This document shows positions 1-8,938 of a stretch of DNA of 35,362 bases, piece by piece. Positions within the stretch are counted from its first letter, which is position 1. Each line of letters starts with the position of its first letter. The stretch comes from an uncultured bacterium (GTDB lineage Bacteria > UBP4 > UBA4092): assembly GCA_964644695.1 (NCBI GenBank), contig CAZXWN010000019.1:1-35362 (forward strand), given 5' to 3'. Position numbers and translations under genes: made by a program. A model generated the notes under the pieces. The model was given only the letters and a program-made list of their open reading frames with translations. It did no database searches and had not been told where the DNA came from.

Positions 1-551
1 GGGTAGAACAGGGGGTTATTTGCAATCCAGCGCCAGGTATGGAATAGCCAGAGGATGCGGATAGTCAGAATAGGGACAGGTACAGATAATAAGATGCCGA
101 TAAATAAGAAAGCGGAAAAGTCTGTTTTCTTAAAAAGAAAGTGTCTTGAGAAAAAGAGAATAGACTTCAATAAAATCAATCCCAGAACGGCCGGAGTATA
201 TTTCCCCTTTTTAGATTTATATTTCGGGGTCAAATCTTCAAACTGGACAACAGGTGTTGTTTGGTTACGCATGAGATTAAGCCGATGTTCAAAACGGTCC
301 ATCCAGTAGGATAAGGAAAACCATCCCAGAATATAAGAAATCAGAATCAGCAACATGAACCAGGGGATCCAGTCCGGTTTTCGGGCTGCCCATAATAAGA
401 TGGGAATTATCAAAACCCATACCAGATAAATGAGCAGGGATTTCATAAAATAGCGTCTATATTGGGCCGGGAGGTCTGCCAGAGAAGACCCGTTATACGC
501 ATTTTTGGGTATCAGATATTTTTCAAGGTCAATATTATACTTATTCAGCAT
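1..551 (-). CDS. Hypothetical multi-pass membrane protein, 3' end runs off the window; probable paralogue of 541..1677
   Basis: Manually translated open frame from ATG at 551 (overlaps the stop of the upstream gene by 11 nt): MLNKYNIDLEKYLIPKNAY...SLLIYLVWVLIIPILLW...WFMLLILISYILGWF...AVLGLILLKSILFF...FLFIGILLSVPVPILTIRILWLFHTWRWIANNPLFY. No stop before base 1; about four hydrophobic segments. Absent from the ORF track because it has no stop. Confidence 0.8.
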   Translation of the reverse strand, partial: MLNKYNIDLEKYLIPKNAYNGSSLADLPAQYRRYFMKSLLIYLVWVLIIPILLWAARKPDWIPWFMLLILISYILGWFSLSYWMDRFEHRLNLMRNQTTPVVQFEDLTPKYKSKKGKYTPAVLGLILLKSILFFSRHFLFKKTDFSAFLFIGILLSVPVPILTIRILWLFHTWRWIANNPLFY

Positions 552-1677
552 TTACATTCCCAAGAGAAAGTGGATTCTTTTTCAGGTAGAACCAGAGACG
601 AATGTTCCAGACCAAGGGGATGGACACAAAAAATAATAACAGGGATGTAGGAAGACAGAAAATACTATCAGTGTCAGTGACAGAAAAACCTCTTATAATA
701 AGCACATAAAAAAGCGTATAACTCCAATAAAACCAAAGCACAAAAAGAGTCGACCTAGTCCAATAAGTCCTGAATAGATAACCACTCATATATTTTCTGG
801 GGTTTGCTGGCGGTTCCAGAGGATAGTATTCTTTCCCAGTTTTCTGAAGAAAGACGGAAGTGTTTAATCCCCTCAAAATATACTTTTGAAATATCCCACT
901 GGTTATAAGACTTATCAGTAATCCAATGGAAATTGAAAGTAAAAAATAAGAGCAATAAACCGGATTTTTTATGTGGATGATACCAACATACAGAAAAACG
1001 AAAACATAATATCCAATATTCCCAAGTGATTTTGAGCGGAGGATATTCTCATATTCACGCAGAGGGGCCTGAATCAAAATATCCACAGGGATAACAGAGA
1101 AGAACAAACTATCTACCAATCCTTCAAATACGGACTTTTTACTCCAAAGGTTCCATGAGAGGTTCGTGTCGCTTTGGAGGAAAGGATTTTGTTTTTTTAT
1201 GAATCGGGTGAATTGAAAGAAACAGACCATAGTGATAAGAAAAGGAAACACAATAAGGATAAATGCCAGATAGGGGAAAATCATCATCTCTCTATGAGTA
1301 TAAGGAGTGAATAGAGATGGAAAAAACAAAAAAAAAATAATAAATCCCTGTACATAGAAAAAAAGAGTTAAGGTAAAAAAACTATCCGGTTTTGTTGGGA
1401 GTTGGTTCAATCTGGAGAGGATAGCAGGTTTTAATTTTTCGAAAATAATCATCCCCAGAACAATGAATAATGCGGAAATAGCCAGCGTTATAAGAAAGAA
1501 AGACATTTTTTGGAATCTGAAAGATACAATAAAAAACAGAGAAAGCCCGAGGAGATGACCCATGAGATTTTTATAGACATGTTTAAAGAGAAAGAAAGGG
1601 TATTGTGAAGGCTGTGCTTTTTCGAAAAGATTTTGAGGAACAAGTTGTGGAATCAATAATCGGCTAAACAGGTTCAT
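541..1677 (-). CDS. Hypothetical multi-pass membrane protein (about 8 TM, probably two internal repeats)
   Basis: 378-aa ORF, GGGAGG SD-like sequence upstream of ATG, many F/L/I-rich hydrophobic segments. Confidence 0.8.
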   Translation of the reverse strand: MNLFSRLLIPQLVPQNLFEKAQPSQYPFFLFKHVYKNLMGHLLGLSLFFIVSFRFQKMSFFLITLAISALFIVLGMIIFEKLKPAILSRLNQLPTKPDSFFTLTLFFYVQGFIIFFLFFPSLFTPYTHREMMIFPYLAFILIVFPFLITMVCFFQFTRFIKKQNPFLQSDTNLSWNLWSKKSVFEGLVDSLFFSVIPVDILIQAPLREYENILRSKSLGNIGYYVFVFLYVGIIHIKNPVYCSYFLLSISIGLLISLITSGIFQKYILRGLNTSVFLQKTGKEYYPLEPPANPRKYMSGYLFRTYWTRSTLFVLWFYWSYTLFYVLIIRGFSVTDTDSIFCLPTSLLLFFVSIPLVWNIRLWFYLKKNPLSLGNVNAE

Positions 1678-1842
1678 GGTCGCCCTCCCGGTTCATTATA
1701 CACAAAATGATTAACCTGGGGAATGGAGATGTTTTGGGGAGGGGGGAAATTAAAATGGGGCAGGGGATAAAAAAAGAATTTTTGGGATTATTTTTTTAGG
1801 GATGTTCGTTCCTGGTTCGTTTCTGATTCGTCGGTGATGGGG

Positions 1843-1851
1843 TGTTATAAT
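1843..1851 (+). promoter_or_regulatory. Extended -10 promoter element (TGnTATAAT) for the esterase gene
   Basis: TGTTATAAT at 1843-1851, 10 nt upstream of ATG 1862; no good SD sequence in between. Confidence 0.5.
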
Positions 1852-1861
1852 ATGGGACATT

Positions 1862-3193
1862 ATGAGGACACCCCTAAAACTATACTTCTTGATATGCTTT
1901 ATTGCATGTTATGGATTGGCCCTGAGTGCCGACCCAATGATTTTTCGATTTGACCCTTCCGTGAATGGAGGCCGACCGTATCTGGAGTCGAGTGTCTTGG
2001 ATAAACCGGTGGATACGACGCTTCGCGTTACGGTTTATGCAGTCGATGGCCCGACAGCCAAAGATACGACAGTGATGGAGGTGAAAACATTTCCCTCCGA
2101 TAAGCCCTTCAAGGTGGAGATTCCGGATCGTGGGAAAGGTCGGGAAGTGGTCGGTGTTTTGGTTCAGTATGAATCTGACTCAACGAAGGCCGCCCCCATC
2201 AAAGATTTTCGGGCGTTGTCTCTGACGACAGGAAAAGTCATTGATGATATGGGAAACCCGAACTGGAAGACTCCGAAGGATTTGCGCCAGTACTGGGACC
2301 GGAGTTTGAAGGAATTAAAAAAATATCCGTTTGGGGTGACAGTGATACCGGCTCCGAAACGCAATTCATCCACGGGGAATTGTTATCAGATTTTGATTAA
2401 TTCCTATGGGAATGTGACCGTGTCGGCCTGGTATTTTGTTCCGAAGTCTGGAGACCGGTTAGCAGGCGTTACGACCGATAAGAAATTTCCGGCCGTCCTG
2501 AGTATGCCGGGGTATGGTGGTGGAATCAACCCTGTTGATTTGACGGCACAGGGATATGCCAGCTTAGCTTTGAGTCCTCGTGGTATGGGGGAAAGCTCAA
2601 CCTGGTGGAATCGGCCTCCGAATTATCATCTGAATAATTTGGATAATCGGGAGAAGACCTATTATCGTCAGGGATATCTGGATGGGGTGAGAGGAATAGA
2701 TTTTTTAGTGTCTCGTCCGGAGATAGATGACAGTCGGTTGTGTACTGAAGGCGGGAGCCAGGGCGGTGCTTATGCGGTAGCGGTGGCAGCCATCGATCAG
2801 AGGGTGGATGTGTGTGCGACGCATGTGCCTTCACTTTCAAACTTTCCTGATTTTGGTTTAATTGGCCGAGCCGGAACTTCCACCAGTTGGTTACCTGCCA
2901 TGCAGGATAAGAAAAAGGGTAAAGCGAATTCCCGTACCATGCAATATCTGGACACCGGAAATTTGGCGACGCTGTTGAAGATACCGACTTATGTGACGGT
3001 AGGTAATTTAGACATGGTGTGTCCGGCATTGAATGGAATCGTGATAAAAAATCGGGCGGCTCGAAATGGTGTCCCGACGGGAATTACTTTTGGCCCGATG
3101 GCAGGTCATACCGTTACAACAGAGATGCGGAAAGCGGCGCGGGATTTTATGGCGGAATATTTGAAACCGATTCCGGAGAATATTTCAAAATAA
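1862..3193 (+). CDS. Secreted acetyl xylan esterase / cephalosporin-C deacetylase-like alpha/beta hydrolase (CE7, AXE1 family) with N-terminal extension
   Basis: Signal peptide; P.DL.QYW...L.EL; PGYGG; RGMG (variant of RGQ); YY...YLD.VR.IDFL.SRPEID; nucleophile motif GGSQGG; D in LDMVCP; H in AGH. Confidence 0.85.
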   Translation: MRTPLKLYFLICFIACYGLALSADPMIFRFDPSVNGGRPYLESSVLDKPVDTTLRVTVYAVDGPTAKDTTVMEVKTFPSDKPFKVEIPDRGKGREVVGVLVQYESDSTKAAPIKDFRALSLTTGKVIDDMGNPNWKTPKDLRQYWDRSLKELKKYPFGVTVIPAPKRNSSTGNCYQILINSYGNVTVSAWYFVPKSGDRLAGVTTDKKFPAVLSMPGYGGGINPVDLTAQGYASLALSPRGMGESSTWWNRPPNYHLNNLDNREKTYYRQGYLDGVRGIDFLVSRPEIDDSRLCTEGGSQGGAYAVAVAAIDQRVDVCATHVPSLSNFPDFGLIGRAGTSTSWLPAMQDKKKGKANSRTMQYLDTGNLATLLKIPTYVTVGNLDMVCPALNGIVIKNRAARNGVPTGITFGPMAGHTVTTEMRKAARDFMAEYLKPIPENISK

Positions 3194-3236
3194 TTCAAGA
3201 AGGCTGTAATCTATCAGCGATTTTCACAGGGAGACT

Positions 3237-3998
3237 ATGGTGAAGATACAATACATTATTCTGGCGGTCATTCTTCTTATTCTGGTTATTCTCTCCATCC
3301 CTTTTTTTAGTGAAGATAAAACCTCTGCGTTATTTGAGGCGGCGCGGTTGGGTAATATCGAAAAGGTAAAGAAGCTGATTTATAACGGAGCCGATTATAA
3401 TGCCAGGAACGAAAAAGGCATTACCGTATTAATGACGGCGGCAGTCACCGACCATCCTGAAATCGTGAAACTTTTATTAGACAAAGGCGCTCCTATCAAT
3501 GTAAAAAATAATTCTGGGAGTACCGCCTTGATGTACATTGCCGACAAGGGTCATCCCGATGTGGTGAAACTTCTGATTCAGAATGGTGCAGACATTAATG
3601 AGAAAAATGAATATGGCTGGACGGCATTATTGATTGCCGCTCTCAATGGCCATGCGGAAGCAGTCAAACTCCTCATTGATGCGGGAGCCGATATTAATGC
3701 CAGGGAAGTTAACACGGGAAGTACGGCTATGATGATAGCCAACAACAAAGGGCATGGGGATGTGGTGAAACTTCTTGTTGAAAGTGGCGCCCTGATTAAT
3801 GATAAAGATAAGAATGGTGTGACGGTATTGATGGTCGCTGCTGATAAAGGTTTCACGGAGACCGTGAAGTTGTTGATCAAAAATGGTGCTGATGTAAATA
3901 TGAAAGATAACAATAGGTGGACCGCATTAAAATTGGCTGAGAAAAAGAACCATACGGAGATAGTGAATTTGTTGAAGGATGCGGGAGCCAAGGAATAA
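3237..3998 (+). CDS. Ankyrin-repeat protein with N-terminal TM/signal segment
   Basis: About 7 repeats of G.T(A/V)LM.AA..GH...VKLLI..GAD.N; SD GGGAGA; hydrophobic N-terminus. Confidence 0.93.
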   Translation: MVKIQYIILAVILLILVILSIPFFSEDKTSALFEAARLGNIEKVKKLIYNGADYNARNEKGITVLMTAAVTDHPEIVKLLLDKGAPINVKNNSGSTALMYIADKGHPDVVKLLIQNGADINEKNEYGWTALLIAALNGHAEAVKLLIDAGADINAREVNTGSTAMMIANNKGHGDVVKLLVESGALINDKDKNGVTVLMVAADKGFTETVKLLIKNGADVNMKDNNRWTALKLAEKKNHTEIVNLLKDAGAKE

Positions 3999-4075
3999 CA
4001 GGGTAGGGATGTCTGAGTTGTTTATGTGATGGGGAACAGGGTCGGTAAAACATTTCAGAAACAGGAGATTTGAAA

Positions 4076-4852
4076 ATGAGAAACCGCATTGGGTGTTGGG
4101 TCATGATGGTGGGGCTGATGTGTTTTATGAGTACCATGTGTGTGGGGAAAAAGATTGTAAATAGTGAGCAGCTTGATTGGAATCAAAAACTGATTGAAGT
4201 CGCGGAAAACGGTGATGGAGAGCTGGGGCGGATTTTGATTGGGTATGGGGCGGATGTGAATTGGAAGAATGAAACCGGTGCTTCAGCTTTGTTCCGAGCG
4301 GTGGAGGGTGGTCATTTAGATTTTGTGAAGCTGCTGGCAGCTCACGGGGCGAACCTCAACCTGTTGGGGAAAGAAGATGAGTCGGTCCTGATGGTGGCCG
4401 CCATGATGGGACATGGGGAGATGGTGAGATATCTTTTGGGACAGGGAATCCGGGTGAATCAAAAAAACATTTGCGGTGAGACGGCTTTGAGTCTGGCGGT
4501 GCGTGGGGGACATGCGGAAATCGTCCAGATGCTTTTGGATAAACATGCTTTAGTGAATGTGACGGACAACACTCGCATGACGCCATTGATGGAGGCTGCA
4601 ACTCAAGGCCACTCCGACATCCTTCGGTTATTGTTGAGTCATAAGGCAAAAGTGAATATGTTAGATATCGACAAACGGTCGGCGTTGATGAAGGCGGTTA
4701 TCCGAGGTCATGAAGAAATCGTTGTCATCTTAATCAAGGCGGGTGCGGATATGAAGGTGAAGGATGCTGATGGACGGACCTGTCTGAATTGGGCCCGATG
4801 GATGGGACAGACACAGATTGCAAGGCTGTTAATGAAAGCCGGGGCGAAATAA
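4076..4852 (+). CDS. Ankyrin-repeat protein with signal peptide
   Basis: About 7 ankyrin repeats (GETALSLAVRGGH, TPLMEAATQGH). ATG 4076 is preferred over TTG 4070 from its spacing to AGGAGA. Confidence 0.92.
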   Translation: MRNRIGCWVMMVGLMCFMSTMCVGKKIVNSEQLDWNQKLIEVAENGDGELGRILIGYGADVNWKNETGASALFRAVEGGHLDFVKLLAAHGANLNLLGKEDESVLMVAAMMGHGEMVRYLLGQGIRVNQKNICGETALSLAVRGGHAEIVQMLLDKHALVNVTDNTRMTPLMEAATQGHSDILRLLLSHKAKVNMLDIDKRSALMKAVIRGHEEIVVILIKAGADMKVKDADGRTCLNWARWMGQTQIARLLMKAGAK

Positions 4853-5610
4853 TGATAAATAAAAGATGGCTGATGATTCTAGGGCTGTCGTTTATTCTTT
4901 GCTCATCAGGTTACAGTGAAAACCCGATGAGCCAGGAAGAATTAAACAATCATTTGAGAGTGAGTGTACAGTCGGGGAATGTTCAGTCTGCAGAGGCTTT
5001 GATTAAACAGGGTGCGGATGTGAATGCTGTTGAGAGAGGCGTTGAAAATTTAACTCTGTTGGAAACGGCCACGGATTATGGCAATTATGAAATGGTAAAG
5101 ATGTTAGTGGCTCAGGGTGCGGTGATGGAATCCAAAAAATATGAACCGTGGCCGTTATTGAAACGTGCCGCCGTGAGTGGAAATAAAGAAATCGTGAAAT
5201 TATATTTGGATAAAGGTTTGGATCCGAATGTGAAAGATGCCTGCGGTGATACGGTTTTGATATGTGCCGCTTATAACAATCATCCGGATGTGGTGAAATT
5301 GTTATGGGAACGGGAAGGCAGAGGGGATGAGGGGCGCTGCCCAACTTTAGTATGGTGTGCCGCTGCGGGTTTGAAAGACCAGGTAAAGCGAGAGTTAAAA
5401 CCAAACGTTAATGTGAATGTGAAATCCATTTGGGGGATGACTGCGCTCATGTGGGCCGCCAATAATGGGCATCAGGAAATTGTGAAATTACTCATTGCCC
5501 GGGGCGCTCAAGTAAATTTGAAATGTGGAGAGAGAACCGCACTTCAAATGGCTCGACAAAATGGTCATAAAGAAATCGTGTCGATGTTGAAAAAAACTGG
5601 GGCGAAATAA
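4852..5610 (+). CDS. Ankyrin-repeat protein with signal peptide
   Basis: Ankyrin repeats (GMTALMWAANNGHQEIVKLLIARGA). Start moved from 4789 to ATG 4852, which overlaps the upstream stop (TAATG) and begins a signal peptide MINKRWLMILGLSFILCSSGYS. Confidence 0.9.
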   Translation: MINKRWLMILGLSFILCSSGYSENPMSQEELNNHLRVSVQSGNVQSAEALIKQGADVNAVERGVENLTLLETATDYGNYEMVKMLVAQGAVMESKKYEPWPLLKRAAVSGNKEIVKLYLDKGLDPNVKDACGDTVLICAAYNNHPDVVKLLWEREGRGDEGRCPTLVWCAAAGLKDQVKRELKPNVNVNVKSIWGMTALMWAANNGHQEIVKLLIARGAQVNLKCGERTALQMARQNGHKEIVSMLKKTGAK

Positions 5611-5616
5611 TAAAAG

Positions 5617-5650
5617 AAAAGGAACCCTTCCGAGAAAGGATTCCTTTTTT
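5617..5650. terminator. Probable bidirectional intrinsic terminator
   Basis: AAAAGGAACCCTTC-CGA-GAAAGGATTCCTTTTTT, an imperfect hairpin flanked by A and T tracts between convergent genes. Confidence 0.7.
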
Positions 5651-5670
5651 CAGTGTTAATAACTTGTGAA

Positions 5671-8421
5671 TTAATTTGACTGTCGTTCGAGCTGTCGGAG
5701 AGAGTTTTGCAGGAGTTTCATTTCTTCTCCATAGCCAGCCCAATCGCCTGCCTTGAGTTTCTGTTGCGCGCGTTCATAGTGAGTCGCAGCCTGCCGCGCC
5801 AGTTCTTTGATGGAGGTGGCTGTGTTAATGCTTTCTTTTTGTTTCGCGGTGGTGTCGGTGGAGTCTGTTGATGGGGCTTCCTGGAGAGTGCCGCCGGTCA
5901 AACCTGCTTTGCCTCCGAAGATGGCCGCGAGCGCATCCTCCAGAGTGGATTCCATAGCAATCTGTTCATCATAAGCCACGACCACTCGTTTGAGTTCCGG
6001 AATCTGTGACTGTTCGGATTTGAGATAGAGGGGTTCCACATAGAGGATGGAATTCTCAATCGGGATAACCAGGAGGTTCCCTCGGAGAACACGAGAGCCC
6101 TGTTGATTCCACAAAGATAGTTGCGGAGAGATGACAGGGTCTTGATCGATACGGGCCTCAATTTGCTGAGGACCATAGACGAGTCGGTCTTTGGGGAATT
6201 TATAGACAATCAGTTTTCCATAGTCTGGATAATCTGACTTGGCCGCCATCCATGCAATCATGTTGGTCTTGGTCGCTGGTGTGAAAGGAACCATCATCAT
6301 GAACTGTTCTTTAGGTTCACCGGGTAACCGCATGATGTTGTAATAGGGGTCAAGGGTCTGGATTTTATCTCCAAAAGTTTCCTTGGGGAAGGTCCATTTG
6401 TCTTCCTGATTGTAGAGGATATGGGAATCTGTCATGTGGTAAGTTTTGAAGATTTCTGCCTGAAGCGTGAACAGAAATTCTGGATACCGGAGATTATCTT
6501 TGAGAGATTCGGGGATGGCAGTGAGAGGCTTGAACAAGCCAGGGAACACCTTCTGCCAAGTCTGAATCAATGGGTCTGTGGGGTCACTGATGTAGGCATT
6601 TACAGAACCGTCGTAAGTATCAATGGTAATCTTCACCGCATTACGAATGTAATTGATACGGGAGCTCACGGGTTGAGAGTAGGGGAACTGATCAGTGACG
6701 GTATAAGCATCCAGAATCCAAACCAGCCGGCCCTGGTCAATGGCGATATAGGGGTCTTCGTCCAGAATGAGGAAGGGGAATATCTTGTTACAGCGTTCCA
6801 CGATATTACGACTCATTACCAAGCGGCTTTCGGGAGTAAGCCGTGAGGTAAAGAGTAAATCTGTATCACCGAATCGCCAGGCAAACATCAAGCGTTTCAG
6901 GAAGGAGTTTCCAATTTGAATCCCTGCTTTACCCTGATAGGTGGTATAGACATTTTCATTTCCTTTGGGATAATCAAATTCTTTTTCCTGAGTTTTGACG
7001 ATGACATAATCACTCTGATTTTCACCGAAATAAAGTTCAGGTCGATCAATCTTGAGTTCCGGTGGAGAGACAGGAGGAATATCCCGGATGAGGAGTTTGG
7101 GGAGGCCTTCTTTTTCAACGGCATTCACTCGGGTCATGGCCACACCGTAACCGTGGGTGTAAACTAACTTCTCATTTGTCCAGGTACGGGCATCTTTGGG
7201 GACATCAATTTCGCGGGGAGATAACATAACCTGCATGTATTCATTTCCAATGCGGTACCGGTCAATGTCCACATCAACAAATTTATAGTACTGACGAATA
7301 ACCTGGATTTGCTGATAGGTATCCCGAAGGGGCCGATAGTCCCAGAGCCGAATGTTATTCAGGGTTGGGGCATTATTTTTCAATGAGGCCTGTGAAAGGT
7401 CATGGATGGCAGCAAAGGGTTTCGACTCAATATTTTCAAGACCGTAAGCTTGGGTCGTGAATTTAATGTTGTGTTGGATATAGGGGGCTTCTTTGGAATA
7501 CTCGTTGGGTGTTACTACAAGGCGTTGAACAATTGCCGGATAGACGGCGCCGAGGATAAAAGATATGGCGATCCAGATACCTACACCCATCAGAGGCAGC
7601 ATGACTTTTTTGAGTTTGAAATTCAGGAGCAGAATGATGCCTAAAACAAGGGTCAGCCCTGTCAGTACCTGATAGGCCAGAAGGTGGGCATGAATATCTG
7701 TGTAAAAGGCGCCGAACCACTGGCGATTCTGGCTGAATAATAAATCGTAGCCAGAGAGGATATAACCGCATGATTTCAGAAGCACCAACACTCCAAGTAA
7801 TGCAGAGAGATGGGACAGAGGGCGACCGGTCAGGATAAATCGACCTCTTGTCGCGCCACGCAAAATGGCGGGGATATAAACGACCAGGGTTCCAAGCAAA
7901 GTAATAAGAGTCAGAGTGAACGCCCAATGATAAAGACCTTCCAATATCGGAAGGGTAAATATATAAAAGGAGACATCCAGTCCAAAGACAGGGTCTGGAG
8001 TGTTGAAGGGAACCCGATGGAACCATGAGACGATTTGGGTCCAGTTGAGAGCCAGCGGCATTCCAATAATAAAGGAGATGAAGGCAGTAATCAGCAGGGC
8101 AGGGCGTTGTTTTCCCAACCATTCACTGACATTCACTCGGGTTTCGCCCACATAGAGAATCTCAGGATTGGAGGGTGATTCGAGCTCTCGTTTTATAAAG
8201 TTCAATGCCAGTGCGATATTTCCCCACATGATTCCAAAGAATAACAGGAAAAAGGTTGTGCGGCTGGCGGTTTCGGTCAGTAACTGAGTCCAATAGCGGT
8301 TCGTGAATCCGACCTCCTTAAACCATAAGTAGTCGGTCATCAGGTTGATCAAGAAACCTCCGAGCATGAAAAGGGCAAAAAACAAAACAAAATAAACCGG
8401 TAATCGGGACTGTCTTCGCAT
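5671..8421 (-). CDS. UPF0182 family membrane protein
   Basis: Family motifs DYLWF.EVG, DPVFGLDVSFYIFTLP, YTDIHA, P.E..KE.PYI..NI..T..AYGL, NIRLWD, YTHGYG, NYIRN.VK...D.YDG, RYP..LF, GNLLVIP, LYVEPLY. Start placed at ATG 8421 behind GGAAGGAG. Confidence 0.95.
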   Translation of the reverse strand: MRRQSRLPVYFVLFFALFMLGGFLINLMTDYLWFKEVGFTNRYWTQLLTETASRTTFFLLFFGIMWGNIALALNFIKRELESPSNPEILYVGETRVNVSEWLGKQRPALLITAFISFIIGMPLALNWTQIVSWFHRVPFNTPDPVFGLDVSFYIFTLPILEGLYHWAFTLTLITLLGTLVVYIPAILRGATRGRFILTGRPLSHLSALLGVLVLLKSCGYILSGYDLLFSQNRQWFGAFYTDIHAHLLAYQVLTGLTLVLGIILLLNFKLKKVMLPLMGVGIWIAISFILGAVYPAIVQRLVVTPNEYSKEAPYIQHNIKFTTQAYGLENIESKPFAAIHDLSQASLKNNAPTLNNIRLWDYRPLRDTYQQIQVIRQYYKFVDVDIDRYRIGNEYMQVMLSPREIDVPKDARTWTNEKLVYTHGYGVAMTRVNAVEKEGLPKLLIRDIPPVSPPELKIDRPELYFGENQSDYVIVKTQEKEFDYPKGNENVYTTYQGKAGIQIGNSFLKRLMFAWRFGDTDLLFTSRLTPESRLVMSRNIVERCNKIFPFLILDEDPYIAIDQGRLVWILDAYTVTDQFPYSQPVSSRINYIRNAVKITIDTYDGSVNAYISDPTDPLIQTWQKVFPGLFKPLTAIPESLKDNLRYPEFLFTLQAEIFKTYHMTDSHILYNQEDKWTFPKETFGDKIQTLDPYYNIMRLPGEPKEQFMMMVPFTPATKTNMIAWMAAKSDYPDYGKLIVYKFPKDRLVYGPQQIEARIDQDPVISPQLSLWNQQGSRVLRGNLLVIPIENSILYVEPLYLKSEQSQIPELKRVVVAYDEQIAMESTLEDALAAIFGGKAGLTGGTLQEAPSTDSTDTTAKQKESINTATSIKELARQAATHYERAQQKLKAGDWAGYGEEMKLLQNSLRQLERQSN

Positions 8422-8746
8422 AAGTAGAACTCCTTCCTCTAATGGGTCCATTCTAGCATTATCCAGGGGTAATTCAGGATTTCAATGGCGACAGGTCTTT
8501 TATAATGGCGCAAACCACAGGATTGGAACCCTTTTCAAATCAATGATAAATGAAATTAGAAAATAAATTTTTCTACAATAATAGTCGGAAATTAGTTTCC
8601 AAAAAGTGGGTTTGGATTCGAAGATTTGATGATTAGGGGGGATTATTATTCGAATAGACGGGTTCAACGATTCCTAAAAGGGGTGCTAATATATGAATTT
8701 GGTGCGAATGATGAAAATATAAGAAAATCCATTGAACTAAATTTGT

Positions 8747-8775
8747 TTGACATTATGATTCTAATCAATTATTAT
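8747..8775 (+). promoter_or_regulatory. Sigma70-type promoter with a palindrome in the spacer
   Basis: TTGACA (8747-8752), 17 bp, TATTAT (8770-8775). The spacer holds TGATT-CT-AATCA (ATGAT-N4-ATCAA). Confidence 0.7.
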
Positions 8776-8782
8776 AGTTTTC

Positions 8783-8908
8783 AGATAGCTAAGAGGTACT
8801 TTGAAGACCCTCCCCGGGTCGAGTAAGAGTACGGACGAGTTATCTACAAAACCCTAATTCCCTTTCCTTGTTGCCCGGTTTCGAACCCTTCGAGACCGGC
8901 TTTTTTTT
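8783..8908 (+). ncRNA. Candidate structured RNA (cis-regulatory leader or sRNA), family unrecognised
   Basis: Starts at the expected TSS of the promoter. Three nested helices (AGAUAGCU/AGUUAUCU, GUACUU/GAGUAC, GACCC/GGGUC), a pyrimidine-rich linker and a strong terminator. Confidence 0.55.
8875..8908 (+). terminator. Intrinsic terminator just upstream of the TPR gene
   Basis: CCGGTTTCGAA-CCC-TTCGAGACCGG (11-bp stem with one G-U pair), then C and T8. Confidence 0.85.
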
Positions 8909-8938
8909 ATCATAGAATCGGGTGAGTAGGATAAACTA

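Noticed and set aside
8626..8826. 66-aa ORF in the track
   Set aside because: TTG start, no SD, no recognisable features, and it overlaps the consensus promoter and structured RNA.
8783..8845. Hammerhead ribozyme, T-box or lysine riboswitch identity for the structured RNA
   Set aside because: No CUGAnGA/GAAA core, no UGGnACC T-box sequence, and too short with the wrong junction for a lysine aptamer.
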